A stretch of DNA of 64,000 nucleotides from Clostridiaceae bacterium (GCA_012513065.1 JAAZCX010000047.1:122-64121); one strand, 5' to 3'. Positions 17,495 to 28,916 are shown, counted from the first letter of the stretch. The notes: generated by a model not told the origin, from the sequence alone. Numbers and translations: made by a program.

Positions 17495-18874
17495 TTATTT
17501 TAAAAGCATAGGTCCTATATTTGCTATAGTTCCAGCACCTAATGTTAAAACGATATCATCTTTTTGAGCATTATTTTTTAAATAAGATACAATATCATTA
17601 AAATCAGGTATATAAATAGCTTTTCTTCCAAGTTCTTTAATTTTGTTAATAATATCTTCAGATGAAATATTATAAGTATTAGTTTCGCGAGCTGCATATA
17701 TGTCTGTAACAATTATATTATCAAAATAAGTTAAACTATCTGCAAATTCGCTTAATAAATTTTTGGTTCTACTATAAGTATGTGGTTGGAAAACAACCCA
17801 AGAAGTATTATATGTTTTTTTCTTTAAAGCAAGTGCTGTAGCTTTTATTTCGGTTGGATGATGTCCATAATCATCATAAATTGATACTCCATTAAATTGA
17901 CCAATAAATTCAAATCTTCTATGAGCACCTGTATATTTTTTTAATGCAGATTTAATATCAGATTTTTCAATTCCATAGCTATCACATAAAGAGATACAAG
18001 CTAAAGAATTTAATACATTATGAGCTCCAGGAACAGATAATTCAAAAGAACCATAAAAGTAATTGTTATGATATACATCAAAACGTGGGAAACCATTTTT
18101 ATCAAAAGTTATATTTCTTCCAACAAAGTTAGCTCTCTCATTTTCTATACCATAAGATACAATTTTTGCATTAGTATAAGTATGTAATTTTGAACAATAT
18201 TCATTATCAAGGTTAACAACTAATAAACCATTATCAGGTAATAATTTAACATATTTAATAAATGCTTGGTTTATATTTTCAATATTTTTAAAATAATCTA
18301 AATGGTCATTATCAATATTTAGAATAACCTCAGCTTTAGGATAAAACTTCAAAAAGCTTTCTACATATTCACATGCTTCAATAATAAAATGTTCACTGTT
18401 TCCAATGCGATAATTTCCATTAATAGACTTTAGTGTTGCACCTACTTGAATAGAAGGGTCAAATCCTGCTTCAATGAAACACATTGATACCATAGAAGTT
18501 GTAGTTGTTTTTCCATGAGTACCAGAAATACATATTGTATCATTAAAAGCTTTTGTAATAAGACCTAAAAAATCAGCTCTTTCCATTGTTGGGATATTTA
18601 ATTCTTTTGCTTTTACAAGTTCTACATCATCACTTTTGATAGCAGCTGTATAAACTACAAGATCAGCCTTTGCTACCATATTTACATCATGACCTATAAT
18701 AACATGAATACCATCTAAATTTAATTTTTTTGTAGTTTCTGATTCTGCCCAATCAGAACCTGTTACAGTAAATCCCCAATATTTTAAAATTTCGGCAATA
18801 CCACTCATACTAACTCCGCCGATACCAATCATATAAATATGTTTATAATTTTTTAAATTTTGTATATTTGCCAA
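17495..18874 (-). CDS. murC: UDP-N-acetylmuramate--L-alanine ligase
   Basis: 459 aa. IGIGGVSMSG nucleotide-binding loop, GTHGKTTTTSM P-loop, Mur ligase C-terminal domain. Confidence 0.9.
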   Translation of the reverse strand: MANIQNLKNYKHIYMIGIGGVSMSGIAEILKYWGFTVTGSDWAESETTKKLNLDGIHVIIGHDVNMVAKADLVVYTAAIKSDDVELVKAKELNIPTMERADFLGLITKAFNDTICISGTHGKTTTTSMVSMCFIEAGFDPSIQVGATLKSINGNYRIGNSEHFIIEACEYVESFLKFYPKAEVILNIDNDHLDYFKNIENINQAFIKYVKLLPDNGLLVVNLDNEYCSKLHTYTNAKIVSYGIENERANFVGRNITFDKNGFPRFDVYHNNYFYGSFELSVPGAHNVLNSLACISLCDSYGIEKSDIKSALKKYTGAHRRFEFIGQFNGVSIYDDYGHHPTEIKATALALKKKTYNTSWVVFQPHTYSRTKNLLSEFADSLTYFDNIIVTDIYAARETNTYNISSEDIINKIKELGRKAIYIPDFNDIVSYLKNNAQKDDIVLTLGAGTIANIGPMLLK

Positions 18875-19075
18875 TGTAAGCGCTCTCCTTTTATATAATA
18901 ATATGATTCTAATTCATTTAATAAACTAAATTCTTTATCTAAAGATTATACAATTTTTTAATACTTTTTTCAATATATTTTTAAAAAGTTATAGTATATT
19001 ATATGAATTTTTTTCATAAATGTGAGAATAATAAAGGTAACAAAAAATATTTTTCTTAAATTTGTAAAAAAGAGA

Positions 19076-19100
19076 AGGAAAAAACATTTTTTTGACGAAT
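19076..19100 (+). promoter_or_regulatory. Sigma-H-type promoter candidate for spoVG
   Basis: AGGAAAA-11 nt-GACGAAT fits the RNAGGAWWW-N11/12-RNNGAAT consensus and has the spacing I recall for B. subtilis spoVG. Confidence 0.45.
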
Positions 19101-19159
19101 AATATTATTGTACATAGAAAATGTACAAATTTAAAAAACAGTAGAAAGAGGTGCTTAAG

Positions 19160-19441
19160 ATGCAAATTACAGATGTACGTTTAAGAAAAGTAAATTCAGA
19201 AAACAGAATGAAAGCTGTTGCTTCTGTAACATTTGATAACGAATTCGCAGTTCACGATATTAAAGTTATCGAAAGTCAAAATGGATTATTTATCGCTATG
19301 CCAAGCAGAAAAACTCCAAACGGAGAATTTAAGGATATAGCTCATCCAATCAACGCTGAAACAAGAGAGAAAATTCAAAAAGCTATATTAGAAGCTTATG
19401 AAGCTCCAGAAACTGAAGAAACTTCAGAATCAGCAGAATAA
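19160..19441 (+). CDS. spoVG: Septation/sporulation regulator SpoVG
   Basis: 93 aa from ATG 19160 (RBS AAAGAGG). [11 protein letters not shown]...[20 protein letters not shown]...FIAMPSRK is canonical SpoVG. Confidence 0.9.
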   Translation: MQITDVRLRKVNSENRMKAVASVTFDNEFAVHDIKVIESQNGLFIAMPSRKTPNGEFKDIAHPINAETREKIQKAILEAYEAPETEETSESAE

Positions 19442-19452
19442 TATAAAAATAA

Positions 19453-19479
19453 AAAACTTCATTTTAATGAAGTTTTTTT
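19453..19479 (+). terminator. Rho-independent terminator
   Basis: AAAACTTCATT-tt-AATGAAGTTTT plus a T-run. Confidence 0.75.
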
Positions 19480-19499
19480 GTTGTTTATTTTACTTATTA

Positions 19500-20924
19500 T
19501 CAAATTTGTAACAATTCATAAATTGCTTTAGCATATATATTAGTGGATAATAACAATTTATCAATATCAATAAATTCATCAACTTTATGACACATATCTT
19601 TATCTCCTGGAAAATTCATTCCAAAAGAAATACAATTTGGAAAAGCTCTAGCAAATGTTGCTCCACCTATAGAGAGCGGGGAATAATTAGAATCACATGT
19701 TTCATTAAAAATATCACATAATTTTTTGACAAGTATATTATTTTGATCTACTAAGAGATGTGGTTGTATTTTTAGTATATTAACTTGATTTACAAATATC
19801 TTGTTAAAAGTATCTATAACATTATTTATATCAGTATGAACAGGAATTCTTAAATCAATTCCAATAATAATTTTATTATCAATATAAGAAAATTGTGAAG
19901 TATTTAAAGTTAAGTTGCCTGATTCATCTTCAATATTTAAATTTAATTTATTACCTAAATAATCATCTCCAATATAATTACAAAAGTTATTTACTAACGG
20001 AATATTAATGTTCCAGTTTTTAAATAAATCATTTAACACAATAAGTAATTTTGAGATTGAATTTACTCCTAACTCAGGATGGGCACTGTGGGATGCAATT
20101 CCGTAAGATGATAACTTTATATGGTTATCATCAATTTTATATAGATCAATCTCGTAATTATAATTATTTATTATTTTTTTACAACACAAGATTACTTTTT
20201 GAATAATATGTTTATCAACAAGTTTTAATATAACACTACAAAACTTAGGGACTACGTTAATAGCGTTATTATTGCAATTAATTTCTTCTATTATAATTGG
20301 GAAAAGTTTATTATTTATAGTTGTCTTAGATATATTTTGGGATAAAGTCAAAGATACAACAGATTTTTCGGCATAGATACAAGGAAAATCCGAATCTGGG
20401 CTAAAACCCAATGATGGTATTTCTTCATGTTCTTTATAATAATTAATACATTTCCAATTTTTTTCTTCGTTTAATCCTACAATTAATCTAACTCTTTTAT
20501 TGAAAGATATATTATTCTCTTTTAAGTAATTCATAACAGCTTTCATTGCATATAAACAACTTACAACAGGCCCTTTATCATCAATTGCACCTCTACCATA
20601 TATACAATTATTTGATAGGGTAGGAATAAAAGGATCATAAGACCAATCATCAGCTTTAGCTGGTACTACATCTAAATGGCCAATGATTCCGATTAATTCA
20701 TCACCTTCACCAAATTCAATGAATCCACAATAACCATCAACATTTTTTGTTTTAAAACCTAATGATTTAGCAATATGTAAAAAGTGTTTTAAACAATCAA
20801 AACAGGATTTACCAAATGGAAAATTAGAATCATTTGTTTCTTCAGAAATGCTAGGATAACTAATTAAATCACAAATATCACCAATAATTTGTTGCTTATC
20901 TAATAATATATATTTTTTAAACAT
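19500..20924 (-). CDS. M20-family dipeptidase (PepV / Sapep-like)
   Basis: 474 aa. GHLDVVPA metal-binding motif, GRGAIDDKGP, EE pair (NEEKNW). Size and layout match PepV-type dipeptidases. Confidence 0.75.
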   Translation of the reverse strand: MFKKYILLDKQQIIGDICDLISYPSISEETNDSNFPFGKSCFDCLKHFLHIAKSLGFKTKNVDGYCGFIEFGEGDELIGIIGHLDVVPAKADDWSYDPFIPTLSNNCIYGRGAIDDKGPVVSCLYAMKAVMNYLKENNISFNKRVRLIVGLNEEKNWKCINYYKEHEEIPSLGFSPDSDFPCIYAEKSVVSLTLSQNISKTTINNKLFPIIIEEINCNNNAINVVPKFCSVILKLVDKHIIQKVILCCKKIINNYNYEIDLYKIDDNHIKLSSYGIASHSAHPELGVNSISKLLIVLNDLFKNWNINIPLVNNFCNYIGDDYLGNKLNLNIEDESGNLTLNTSQFSYIDNKIIIGIDLRIPVHTDINNVIDTFNKIFVNQVNILKIQPHLLVDQNNILVKKLCDIFNETCDSNYSPLSIGGATFARAFPNCISFGMNFPGDKDMCHKVDEFIDIDKLLLSTNIYAKAIYELLQI

Positions 20925-21025
20925 AAATATACCTCCTATAACTATATATATGTTATTGATAAATTAATTATGTTTAAAAAAATAAAAAGCTTTCTATATA
21001 TATAGAAAGCTTTGGGAGATTAAAA

Positions 21026-21229
21026 TTAAATCCAATCATCTGCGATTCTTTTTAATTCTTCTCTTTGTTCGGGAAGATCAATCTTAAAAGTAAAAATTAA
21101 ATAATTCCCAGAGGGGAGAACTCTTAAGATAGCACAATCCTGTAAGATGGTATTATTAGAAAGCTCTTCAAGAAATTCTGAAGATTTTTCTTTTGAAACC
21201 ATTGTGTTCCGAACGCTGTAATCAATCAT
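21026..21229 (-). CDS. Hypothetical acidic protein (67 aa)
   Basis: RBS AAGGAGGA on the minus strand upstream of ATG 21229; hairpin terminator downstream (about 20976-21015). In-frame CGG at 21209-21211 (codon 7). No family recognised. Confidence 0.45.
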   Translation of the reverse strand: MIDYSVRNTMVSKEKSSEFLEELSNNTILQDCAILRVLPSGNYLIFTFKIDLPEQREELKRIADDWI

Positions 21230-21329
21230 GTTGCATATCCTCCTTATGTTTGGCTTTAGCCAATTATATATTAATTATACTATAAAATAACATAAAAAGC
21301 AAATTTTTATAAAAATGTAATAAAATACA

Positions 21330-21358
21330 TTGACATTTACGGAAATCCGTTGTATACT
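21330..21358 (+). promoter_or_regulatory. Strong sigma-A promoter of the S10 operon, followed by a ~245-nt leader
   Basis: TTGACA-17 nt-TATACT. The spacer contains the palindrome ACGGAaaTCCGT. Confidence 0.65.
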
Positions 21359-21604
21359 GAATAGGCATGTAATAAAAGCGATGAAGTAGAATGTGGCTAC
21401 ATCTTATGAATACGTAGGATGGAGGGAACTTCTATGGAGTATGTCATGGCTTAGACCAGGCGGTAAGTTTTAGTAATAAAAAAAGCACTTATCCCCAAGA
21501 TTTATCATGCAAACTTGGGATTATATATTGGTAAAAAAAGAAACACCAGGGTGCGTTTAAAACTTCCAGCCAAACAATTTTATTTTTAAGGAGGGAAATT
21601 CAAA

Positions 21605-21931
21605 ATGGCAACATCAAACAAAGTAGGAAGTGAGAAAATGAGAATAAGACTAAAAGCTTATGATCATGTACTTTTAGAAAAGTCTGCTGAACAAATAGTA
21701 GAAACTGCTAAGAGAACAGGAGCTAAAGTTTCAGGACCTATTCCATTACCAACAGAAAAAGAAATCATTACAATATTACGTTCTCCACACAAAGATAAAG
21801 ATTCAAGAGAACAATTCGAAATGAGAACACATAAAAGAGTAATTGATATTCTTTACCCAACACAAAAAACAGTTGATAGTTTAATGAAAATTGATTTACC
21901 AGCTGGTGTTGATATCGAAATCAAGTTGTAA
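21605..21931 (+). CDS. rpsJ: 30S ribosomal protein S10
   Basis: 108 aa. RIRLKAYDH ... SGPIPLPT signature. AAGGAGGG RBS. Confidence 0.95.
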   Translation: MATSNKVGSEKMRIRLKAYDHVLLEKSAEQIVETAKRTGAKVSGPIPLPTEKEIITILRSPHKDKDSREQFEMRTHKRVIDILYPTQKTVDSLMKIDLPAGVDIEIKL

Positions 21932-21997
21932 TTATTAAACAACAAAAAACCAAGCTAGTATGAATTATTAGCCAATAGTTAGGAGGAAAATTTTAAA

Positions 21998-22627
21998 ATG
22001 AAAAAAACAATTATAGGAAAGAAAATAGGAATGACTCAAATTTTTGATGAATCAGGAAAAGTTATTCCAGTAACAGTAATAGAAGCTGGACCATGTGTAG
22101 TAGCACAAGTAAAATCAGTTGAAACTGATGGATATAATGCTATACAATTAGGATTTGGCGACGTAAAAGAAAGCAAAATAAGCAAACCAGAAAAAGGACA
22201 TTTTGCAAAAGCTAGTATCACACCTAAAAAACATTTAAGAGAATTTAGAGTAGATACTATAGAAGAATACAAAGTTGGAGATGCAATAAAAGCAGATGCT
22301 TTTGTTGCAGGAGATAAAATTGATGTACAAGGTACATCAAAAGGAAAAGGTTTCCAAGGTGTTATTAAACGTCATGGACAATCAAGAGGACCAATGGGAC
22401 ATGGTTCTATGTATCATAGAAGACCAGGTTCAATGGGATCTACATCAACTCCAGGTAGAGTATTTAAAGGTAAAAAATTACCAGGACATATGGGAGTTCA
22501 AACAATAACAATTCAAAACTTAGATGTAGTTAGAATTGATATGGACAAAAATGTAATGTTAATAAAAGGTAGTGTACCAGGAGTTAAAGGTGCTATCTTA
22601 AAAATAAAAACAAGTGTAAAAGCATAA
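21998..22627 (+). CDS. rplC: 50S ribosomal protein L3
   Basis: 209 aa. [10 protein letters not shown] ... [13 protein letters not shown]. Confidence 0.95.
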   Translation: MKKTIIGKKIGMTQIFDESGKVIPVTVIEAGPCVVAQVKSVETDGYNAIQLGFGDVKESKISKPEKGHFAKASITPKKHLREFRVDTIEEYKVGDAIKADAFVAGDKIDVQGTSKGKGFQGVIKRHGQSRGPMGHGSMYHRRPGSMGSTSTPGRVFKGKKLPGHMGVQTITIQNLDVVRIDMDKNVMLIKGSVPGVKGAILKIKTSVKA

Positions 22628-22646
22628 GGAAGGAGGAGAATTAAGA

Positions 22647-23270
22647 ATGCCTAAAATAGACGTATATAGTATAGAAGGAAAAAAAGTAAAAGAAATAGAG
22701 CTAAATGAAACAATATTTGGTATTGAACCAAATGAAGAATTAGTACATAGCGTATTAATAAACTTTTTAGCAAATCAAAGACAAGGTACACAAAGTACAA
22801 AAACAAGAGCTGAAGTTCGCGGTGGTGGAAGAAAACCATGGAAACAAAAAGGAACAGGTAGAGCAAGACAAGGTTCAATAAGAGCTCCACAATGGATTAA
22901 AGGTGGTATCGCTTTAGGACCAAAACCACGTTCATACTATTACACAGTTAATAAGAAAGAAAAGAGATTAGCAATCAAATCAGTGTTAAGCTCAAAAGTA
23001 TTAGAAAACGAATTAGTTGTAGTAGATAGTTTAGATTTAAAAGAAATCAAAACTAAAGAAATGGTTAAAGTTTTAGCTAACTTAAAAGTTGAAGGTAAAA
23101 CATTAATGTTATTACCAGAAAAAAATGAAAACTTACAAAAATCAGCAAGAAACATTGAAGGAGTTAAAACAACTTTAGTAAATACAATAAATGTATATGA
23201 TTTATTAAAATATAAAAACTTAGTTGTAACTCTAGATACTGTTAAAAAATTAGAGGAGGTGTATGCATAA
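22647..23270 (+). CDS. rplD: 50S ribosomal protein L4
   Basis: 207 aa. [20 protein letters not shown]. Confidence 0.95.
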   Translation: MPKIDVYSIEGKKVKEIELNETIFGIEPNEELVHSVLINFLANQRQGTQSTKTRAEVRGGGRKPWKQKGTGRARQGSIRAPQWIKGGIALGPKPRSYYYTVNKKEKRLAIKSVLSSKVLENELVVVDSLDLKEIKTKEMVKVLANLKVEGKTLMLLPEKNENLQKSARNIEGVKTTLVNTINVYDLLKYKNLVVTLDTVKKLEEVYA

Positions 23271-23617
23271 TGAGACCAGAAGATATTATTATTGCACCTG
23301 TTATAACAGAGAAAAGTAATGATGGAATGCAAGAAGGAAAATATACTTTCAAAGTAAATAAAAAAGCTACAAAAGTTGATATTGCAAATGCAGTAGAAAA
23401 ATTATTTGAAGTTAAAGTATTAAAAGTAAATACAATGACAGTTAAAGGAAAAACAAAAAGAGTAGGAAAATATGAAGGAAAAACTTCAGATTGGACAAAA
23501 GCTATAGTTACTATAGATACAAATCCAGCAGAAGTTAAATACCTTGCAAAAGGTGGAAAAGAAGTTAAAGGAACTAAAAAATTCAAAGATTCAATCGATG
23601 AATTTATGGGTGCTTAG
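23270..23617 (+). CDS. rplW: 50S ribosomal protein L23
   Basis: 115 aa. [10 protein letters not shown] start. ATG overlaps the rplD stop. About 20 aa longer at the C-terminus than typical L23. Confidence 0.9.
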   Translation: MRPEDIIIAPVITEKSNDGMQEGKYTFKVNKKATKVDIANAVEKLFEVKVLKVNTMTVKGKTKRVGKYEGKTSDWTKAIVTIDTNPAEVKYLAKGGKEVKGTKKFKDSIDEFMGA

Positions 23618-23719
23618 ACATTAATAAAAAATTATCTGGAAAATACCAGGATAATAAATAATATCTGTATGTAGAGCAGGAAAAAATCTACAAATATAAA
23701 ATTAAAGGAGAGAAACAAA

Positions 23720-24547
23720 ATGGCAATGAAACATTTTAGACCAACAACTCCATCATTAAGAAATATGACAGTTTCAACATTTGATGAAATTACAAAAAAG
23801 ACTCCTGAAAGATCTTTGTTAGCAAAGAAAAGGGAAAATGCAGGAAGAAACTCATATGGTAGAATAACTGTTAGACATCAAGGTGGAGGAAATAGACAAA
23901 AATATAGAATTATTGATTTTAAAAGAAATAAAGATGATATGACAGCAACTGTTATTGGAATCGAATATGATCCAAACAGAAGTGCAAATATCGCATTAAT
24001 AGAATACGAAGATGGAACAAAATCTTATATTCTAGCACCAGTAGGATTAACAGATGGTGATAAAGTAGTATCTGGACAAAAAGCAGATATTAAACCAGGT
24101 AACTGTATGCCAATCGAATCTATACCAGTAGGTACAATGATTCATAATATCGAATTAAATCCAGGACAAGGTGGAAAAATGGTTAGAGCAGCAGGTCAAG
24201 ATGCACAATTAATGGCTAAAGAAGGAAAATTTGCTCACGTAAGACTTCCATCAGGAGAAATGAGATTAGTTATGACAAGATGTAGAGCTACAATAGGAAC
24301 AGTTGGAAATTCAGATCACGAAAATGTAAAAATAGGTAAAGCAGGAAGAACAAGACATATGGGTATTAGACCAAGCGTAAGAGGTTCTGTTATGAACCCA
24401 TGCGATCACCCTCATGGTGGTGGTGAAGGTAAAGCTCCAGTAGGACACGCAGGACCAATGACACCTTGGGGTAAACCAGCATTAGGATATAAGACAAGAA
24501 AGAAAAATAAAAATACAAATAAATTTATAGTAAAGAGAAGAAAGTAA
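23720..24547 (+). CDS. rplB: 50S ribosomal protein L2
   Basis: 275 aa. [13 protein letters not shown] signature. Confidence 0.95.
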   Translation: MAMKHFRPTTPSLRNMTVSTFDEITKKTPERSLLAKKRENAGRNSYGRITVRHQGGGNRQKYRIIDFKRNKDDMTATVIGIEYDPNRSANIALIEYEDGTKSYILAPVGLTDGDKVVSGQKADIKPGNCMPIESIPVGTMIHNIELNPGQGGKMVRAAGQDAQLMAKEGKFAHVRLPSGEMRLVMTRCRATIGTVGNSDHENVKIGKAGRTRHMGIRPSVRGSVMNPCDHPHGGGEGKAPVGHAGPMTPWGKPALGYKTRKKNKNTNKFIVKRRK

Positions 24548-24563
24548 GGAGGGAATAAAGAAT

Positions 24564-24839
24564 ATGTCAAGATCAAGTAAAAAAACTCCATTTATTGCTC
24601 CAGAATTATTAAAAAGAGTTGAAGCAATGAACGAATCAGGAGCAAGAGAAGTATTAAAAACATGGTCAAGAGCTTCTACTATATACCCTCAAATGGTAGG
24701 ACACACAATAGCTGTTCACGATGGTAGAAAACATGTACCAGTTTATATTACTGAAGAAATGATAGGTCATAAATTAGGAGAATTTGCTCCAACTAGAACT
24801 TTTAAAGGTCATGCAGGAGAAAAAACAACTAAGAAATAG
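24564..24839 (+). CDS. rpsS: 30S ribosomal protein S19
   Basis: 91 aa. [16 protein letters not shown]. Confidence 0.95.
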   Translation: MSRSSKKTPFIAPELLKRVEAMNESGAREVLKTWSRASTIYPQMVGHTIAVHDGRKHVPVYITEEMIGHKLGEFAPTRTFKGHAGEKTTKK

Positions 24840-24853
24840 AGGAGGGGAATAAC

Positions 24854-25222
24854 GTGGAAAAACAAGACGTTCAAGAAGTTATCATTCCAGAAGCAAGCGC
24901 AACACTTAAGTATGCTAGAATTTCAAGCAGAAAAGTAAAAATCGTAATCGATTTAATTAGAGAAAAAAGTGTAGATGAAGCTTTAGCAAATGTAAAATAT
25001 ACACCAAAGGCTGCATCTGAGATAATAGAAAAATTATTAAAATCAGCAATAGCAAATGCTGAAAACAATCACAATATGACACATGAAAAATTATACGTTG
25101 CAGAAGTATATGCAAATCAAGGTCCAACTTTAAAAAGAATAAGACCAGCTGCAAAAGGTTCTGCTGTTAGAATTCGTAAAAGAACAAGTCATATTACAAT
25201 CGTATTAAGAGAAAGAGATTAA
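24854..25222 (+). CDS. rplV: 50S ribosomal protein L22
   Basis: 122 aa. GTG start after [25 protein letters not shown] pattern and operon position. Confidence 0.9.
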   Translation: MEKQDVQEVIIPEASATLKYARISSRKVKIVIDLIREKSVDEALANVKYTPKAASEIIEKLLKSAIANAENNHNMTHEKLYVAEVYANQGPTLKRIRPAAKGSAVRIRKRTSHITIVLRERD

Positions 25223-25246
25223 TTAAGAGAAAGGAGCTTATAGACA

Positions 25247-25906
25247 ATGGGACAAAAAATAGATCCTCATGGATTAAGAGTTGGCGTAATTAAAGACTGG
25301 GATTCAAAATGGTATGCAAATAAAAAAGAATTTTCAGAGTATTTAGTAGAAGACCATAAAATCCGTGAATATGTTAAGAAAAAATTATATATTAGTGGAA
25401 TTTCAAAAATAGAAATTGAAAGAACTGCTAAATTTGTAAAAGTTAACGTTTACACAGCAAAACCAGGACTTGTAATTGGTAAAGGTGGAAACTTAGCTGA
25501 AACTTTAAAAAATGAATTACAAAAAATGATAGGTAAAGAAGTAAATTTAAATATTGTTGAAGTTAAAGATGTCGATACAAATGCACAATTAGTTGCAGAA
25601 AATATCGCAGGACAATTAGAAAGAAGAATTTCCTTCCGTAGAGCTATGAAACAATGTATGCAAAAAACTATGAAAGCAGGAGCTTTAGGAATTAAAACTG
25701 CAGTATCTGGAAGATTAGGTGGAGCAGACATGGCTAGAACAGAATTCTACAAAGAAGGAACTATACCACTTCAAACATTACGTGCAAACATAGAATATGG
25801 ATTTGCAGAAGCAAATACAACATATGGAAAAGTTGGGGTAAAGGTTTGGATTTATAAAGGAGAAGTTCTTCCTACTAAAAGAAAAGTGGAAGGAGGAGAC
25901 AAATAA
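25247..25906 (+). CDS. rpsC: 30S ribosomal protein S3
   Basis: 219 aa. [15 protein letters not shown] domain. Confidence 0.95.
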   Translation: MGQKIDPHGLRVGVIKDWDSKWYANKKEFSEYLVEDHKIREYVKKKLYISGISKIEIERTAKFVKVNVYTAKPGLVIGKGGNLAETLKNELQKMIGKEVNLNIVEVKDVDTNAQLVAENIAGQLERRISFRRAMKQCMQKTMKAGALGIKTAVSGRLGGADMARTEFYKEGTIPLQTLRANIEYGFAEANTTYGKVGVKVWIYKGEVLPTKRKVEGGDK

Positions 25907-26346
25907 TGCCATTAATGCCAAAAAGAACAAAATTTAGGAAACAACAAAAAGGTAGAAATAGAGGAAAAGCAACAAGAGGTAACTTCGTATCTGACGGAGA
26001 ATTTGGACTTCAAACATTAGAAGCAGGTTTAATTACAACAAATCAAATCGAATCTGCCCGTGTTGCAATGACTCGTTATATTAAAAGAGGTGGAAAGGTT
26101 TGGATAAAAATCTTCCCTGATAAGCCAATAACAAAGAAACCAGCAGAAACTCGTATGGGTAAAGGTAAAGGAGCTGTAGAATATTGGGTAGCAGCAGTAA
26201 AACCAGGAAGAGTTATGTTTGAAATAGCAGGAGTATCTGAAGAATTAGCAAAAGAAGCTTTAAGACTTGCTGCAATGAAACTATCTGTTAAGTGCAAATT
26301 TGTTAAAAAAGAAACTGAAATAGGTGGTGAAAGTGATGAAGATTAA
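25906..26346 (+). CDS. rplP: 50S ribosomal protein L16
   Basis: 146 aa. [17 protein letters not shown] overlaps the rpsC stop. Confidence 0.95.
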   Translation: MPLMPKRTKFRKQQKGRNRGKATRGNFVSDGEFGLQTLEAGLITTNQIESARVAMTRYIKRGGKVWIKIFPDKPITKKPAETRMGKGKGAVEYWVAAVKPGRVMFEIAGVSEELAKEALRLAAMKLSVKCKFVKKETEIGGESDED

Positions 26347-26542
26347 TAAAATAAGAGAAATGTCTTCACCAGAATTAGAAAAAGAATTAGGAGAATTAAA
26401 ATCTGAATTATTTAAACTAAGATTTAGTTTAGCAACAAACGGATTAGATAACCCTATGAAAATTAAAGAAGTGAAAAAAGACATTGCAAAAATAAATACT
26501 GTATTGACAGAAAGAAAAAGTGAAATAACTGAAAACAAATAG
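26336..26542 (+). CDS. rpmC: 50S ribosomal protein L29
   Basis: ATG at 26336 ([18 protein letters not shown]...) overlaps the rplP 3' end. The listed 26324 start is a GTG upstream in the same frame. Confidence 0.9.
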   Translation: MKINKIREMSSPELEKELGELKSELFKLRFSLATNGLDNPMKIKEVKKDIAKINTVLTERKSEITENK

Positions 26543-26563
26543 AAAGAAAGGAGATTTATAATC

Positions 26564-26827
26564 ATGGAAGAAAGAAATCTTCGTAAAACATATACAGGTA
26601 TAGTAACATCAAATAAGATGGATAAAACTGTAGTAGTAGCCGTAGAAACAAGTGAAAAGAATAAGACTTATGGAAAAATCCAAAAAAGAACTTATACTTT
26701 AAAAGCTCATGATGAAAACAATGAATGCGGAATCGGTGATAAAGTTCAAGTAATGGAAACAAGACCTTTATCAAAAGATAAAAGATTTAGAGTTATAAAA
26801 ATAGTAGAAAAGGCTATTATAAAATAA
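26564..26827 (+). CDS. rpsQ: 30S ribosomal protein S17
   Basis: 87 aa. [19 protein letters not shown] pattern. Confidence 0.95.
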   Translation: MEERNLRKTYTGIVTSNKMDKTVVVAVETSEKNKTYGKIQKRTYTLKAHDENNECGIGDKVQVMETRPLSKDKRFRVIKIVEKAIIK

Positions 26828-26881
26828 AAAAATTAGAAGGATAAAAAATATCCTTATATAGAAAAAAGGAGGAACAGCGAA

Positions 26882-27250
26882 ATGGTACAACAACAATCCA
26901 TATTAAAAGTAGCTGATAACACTGGTGCAAAAGAAATTATGTGTATTAGATGTTTAGGTGGATCTTATAGAAGATATGCTGGAGTTGGAGATGTTATTGT
27001 TGCTTCTGTTAAAACAACAACACCTGGTGGAGTTGTAAAAAAAGGTGATGTTGTAAAAGCAGTAGTAGTTAGAACAAAAAAACCAATAAGAAGAGCAGAT
27101 GGATCTTATGTAAGATTTGATGAAAATGCTGCAGTTATTATAAAAGAAGATAAAAACCCAAAAGGAACACGTATCTTTGGACCTGTTGCAAGAGAATTAA
27201 GAGATAAAGATTATATGAAAATTTTATCTTTAGCACCAGAAGTTCTTTAA
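26882..27250 (+). CDS. rplN: 50S ribosomal protein L14
   Basis: 122 aa. [17 protein letters not shown]. Confidence 0.95.
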   Translation: MVQQQSILKVADNTGAKEIMCIRCLGGSYRRYAGVGDVIVASVKTTTPGGVVKKGDVVKAVVVRTKKPIRRADGSYVRFDENAAVIIKEDKNPKGTRIFGPVARELRDKDYMKILSLAPEVL

Positions 27251-27351
27251 TCTCTGGCAAACATATTAATTAACTTGTAAATTATTATAATGAAATAATA
27301 AATTTGAACATTTAAATCAAATTACCGAAAAAGAAGAGGTGAAATATAAAA

Positions 27352-27660
27352 ATGAAAATAAAAAAAGGTGATACTGTTAAAGTTTTATCAGGAAACGACA
27401 AAGCTAAAACAGGAGAAGTTCTAGAAGTAATACCAAAGACACAAAAAATCGTTGTAAAAGGTATTAATGTTAGAAAAAAACACGTAAAAGCTAGAAAACA
27501 AGGTGAAGAAGGCGGAATCATACCAGTAGAATGTGCTATCCATTCAAGCAAAGTAAATTTGGTTTGCTCAAAATGTGGAAAAGCTACAAGAGTAGGATAC
27601 CAAATCGAAAAAGACAAAAAAGTACGTATTTGTAAAAAATGCGGTGCAGAAATAAAATAG
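27352..27660 (+). CDS. rplX: 50S ribosomal protein L24
   Basis: 102 aa. KOW motif KKGDTVKVLSGNDK. C-terminal CSKC ... CKKC pairs. Confidence 0.9.
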   Translation: MKIKKGDTVKVLSGNDKAKTGEVLEVIPKTQKIVVKGINVRKKHVKARKQGEEGGIIPVECAIHSSKVNLVCSKCGKATRVGYQIEKDKKVRICKKCGAEIK

Positions 27661-27692
27661 TAATATAAGTAAGGAAGGAGGATACATATAAC

Positions 27693-28232
27693 ATGGAAAT
27701 CTTAAAAGAACAATATCAAAAAGAAGTAGTTCCAGCGTTAATGAAAAAATTCAACTACAAATCAGTTATGGAAGTTCCAAAATTAGAAAAAGTAGTAATT
27801 AATATAGGATTAGGAGATATCAAAGATAATCCAAAATCATTAGAAAATGCAATGAACGATATAAAAATTATAACTGGTCAATCACCAATCGTAACGAAAG
27901 CTAAAAAAGCGATCGCTGCCTTCAAAATAAGAGAAGGTGTAAATATGGGATGTAAAGTTACATTAAGAAAAGAAAAAATGTATGATTTTGTATATAAATT
28001 ATTTAATGTAGCACTACCAAGAGTTAGAGATTTTAGAGGAGTATCAAAAAATTCTTTTGATGGTAGAGGAAATTACTCTATGGGAGTAAAAGAACAATTA
28101 ATCTTCCCAGAAATCGAATATGATAAAGTAGACAAGATTAGAGGTATGGACATTATTTTTGTTACTACCGCTAAGACTGACGAAGAAGCAAGAGAATTAT
28201 TAACACTTTTGGGAATGCCTTTTAAAAATTAA
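27693..28232 (+). CDS. rplE: 50S ribosomal protein L5
   Basis: 179 aa. Pattern [14 protein letters not shown] and operon position. Confidence 0.95.
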   Translation: MEILKEQYQKEVVPALMKKFNYKSVMEVPKLEKVVINIGLGDIKDNPKSLENAMNDIKIITGQSPIVTKAKKAIAAFKIREGVNMGCKVTLRKEKMYDFVYKLFNVALPRVRDFRGVSKNSFDGRGNYSMGVKEQLIFPEIEYDKVDKIRGMDIIFVTTAKTDEEARELLTLLGMPFKN

Positions 28233-28252
28233 AACAAGAAAGGAGAAAGCCA

Positions 28253-28438
28253 ATGGCTAAGAAGTCTTTAAAAGTTAAGCAAGCAAGGGAACAAAAATAT
28301 AAAACAAGAGAATATAATAGATGCAAAATCTGTGGAAGACCACATGCTTATATAAGAAAATTTGGAATTTGCCGTGTATGCTTCAGAGAATTAGCACACA
28401 AGGGAGAAATTCCAGGAGTAAAAAAAGCAAGTTGGTAA
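28253..28438 (+). CDS. rpsN: 30S ribosomal protein S14, type Z (zinc-binding)
   Basis: 61 aa. CKICGRP ... CRVCFRE. Confidence 0.95.
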   Translation: MAKKSLKVKQAREQKYKTREYNRCKICGRPHAYIRKFGICRVCFRELAHKGEIPGVKKASW

Positions 28439-28483
28439 AAAGTATCATATCTATATTTTGAGATAAAGGAGGGAAAATATTTA

Positions 28484-28882
28484 ATGAATACAACAGACCC
28501 AATAGCAGATATGCTAACAAGAATAAGAAATGCTAACAGTTCAAAACATAAAACTGTAGATATACCATCTTCAAACATGAAAAAAGCAATAGCTAAAATA
28601 TTATTTGAAGAAGGATATGTTAAAGCATTTGAAGAAGTAAAAGATGATACACAAGGAGTTATCAGAATAACTTTAAAATATGATGAAAAAGGTGCAAGAG
28701 TAATCGATGGATTAAAAAGAATTAGTAAACCAGGATTAAGAGTATATGCATCAAAAGACGAACTACCACAAGTATTAAACGGATTAGGAATTGCTTTAAT
28801 TTCTACTTCAAAAGGAGTAAAAACAGATAAAGAAGCAAGACAAGAAGGTTTAGGTGGAGAAGTTTTAGCTTATGTATGGTAA
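28484..28882 (+). CDS. rpsH: 30S ribosomal protein S8
   Basis: 132 aa. [13 protein letters not shown]. Confidence 0.95.
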   Translation: MNTTDPIADMLTRIRNANSSKHKTVDIPSSNMKKAIAKILFEEGYVKAFEEVKDDTQGVIRITLKYDEKGARVIDGLKRISKPGLRVYASKDELPQVLNGLGIALISTSKGVKTDKEARQEGLGGEVLAYVW

Positions 28883-28916
28883 GCAATAAATATATAAAGA
28901 AGGAGGAATACCAAAA

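Noticed and set aside
23618-23719. Long spacers inside the S10/spc operons (rplW-rplB 102 nt; rplN-rplX 101 nt) as internal promoters or regulatory RNAs.
   Set aside because: Only short, weak hairpins (CTGG/CCAG, TGTAGA/TCTACA) and no convincing -35/-10 pair were found. There is not enough evidence to call anything.
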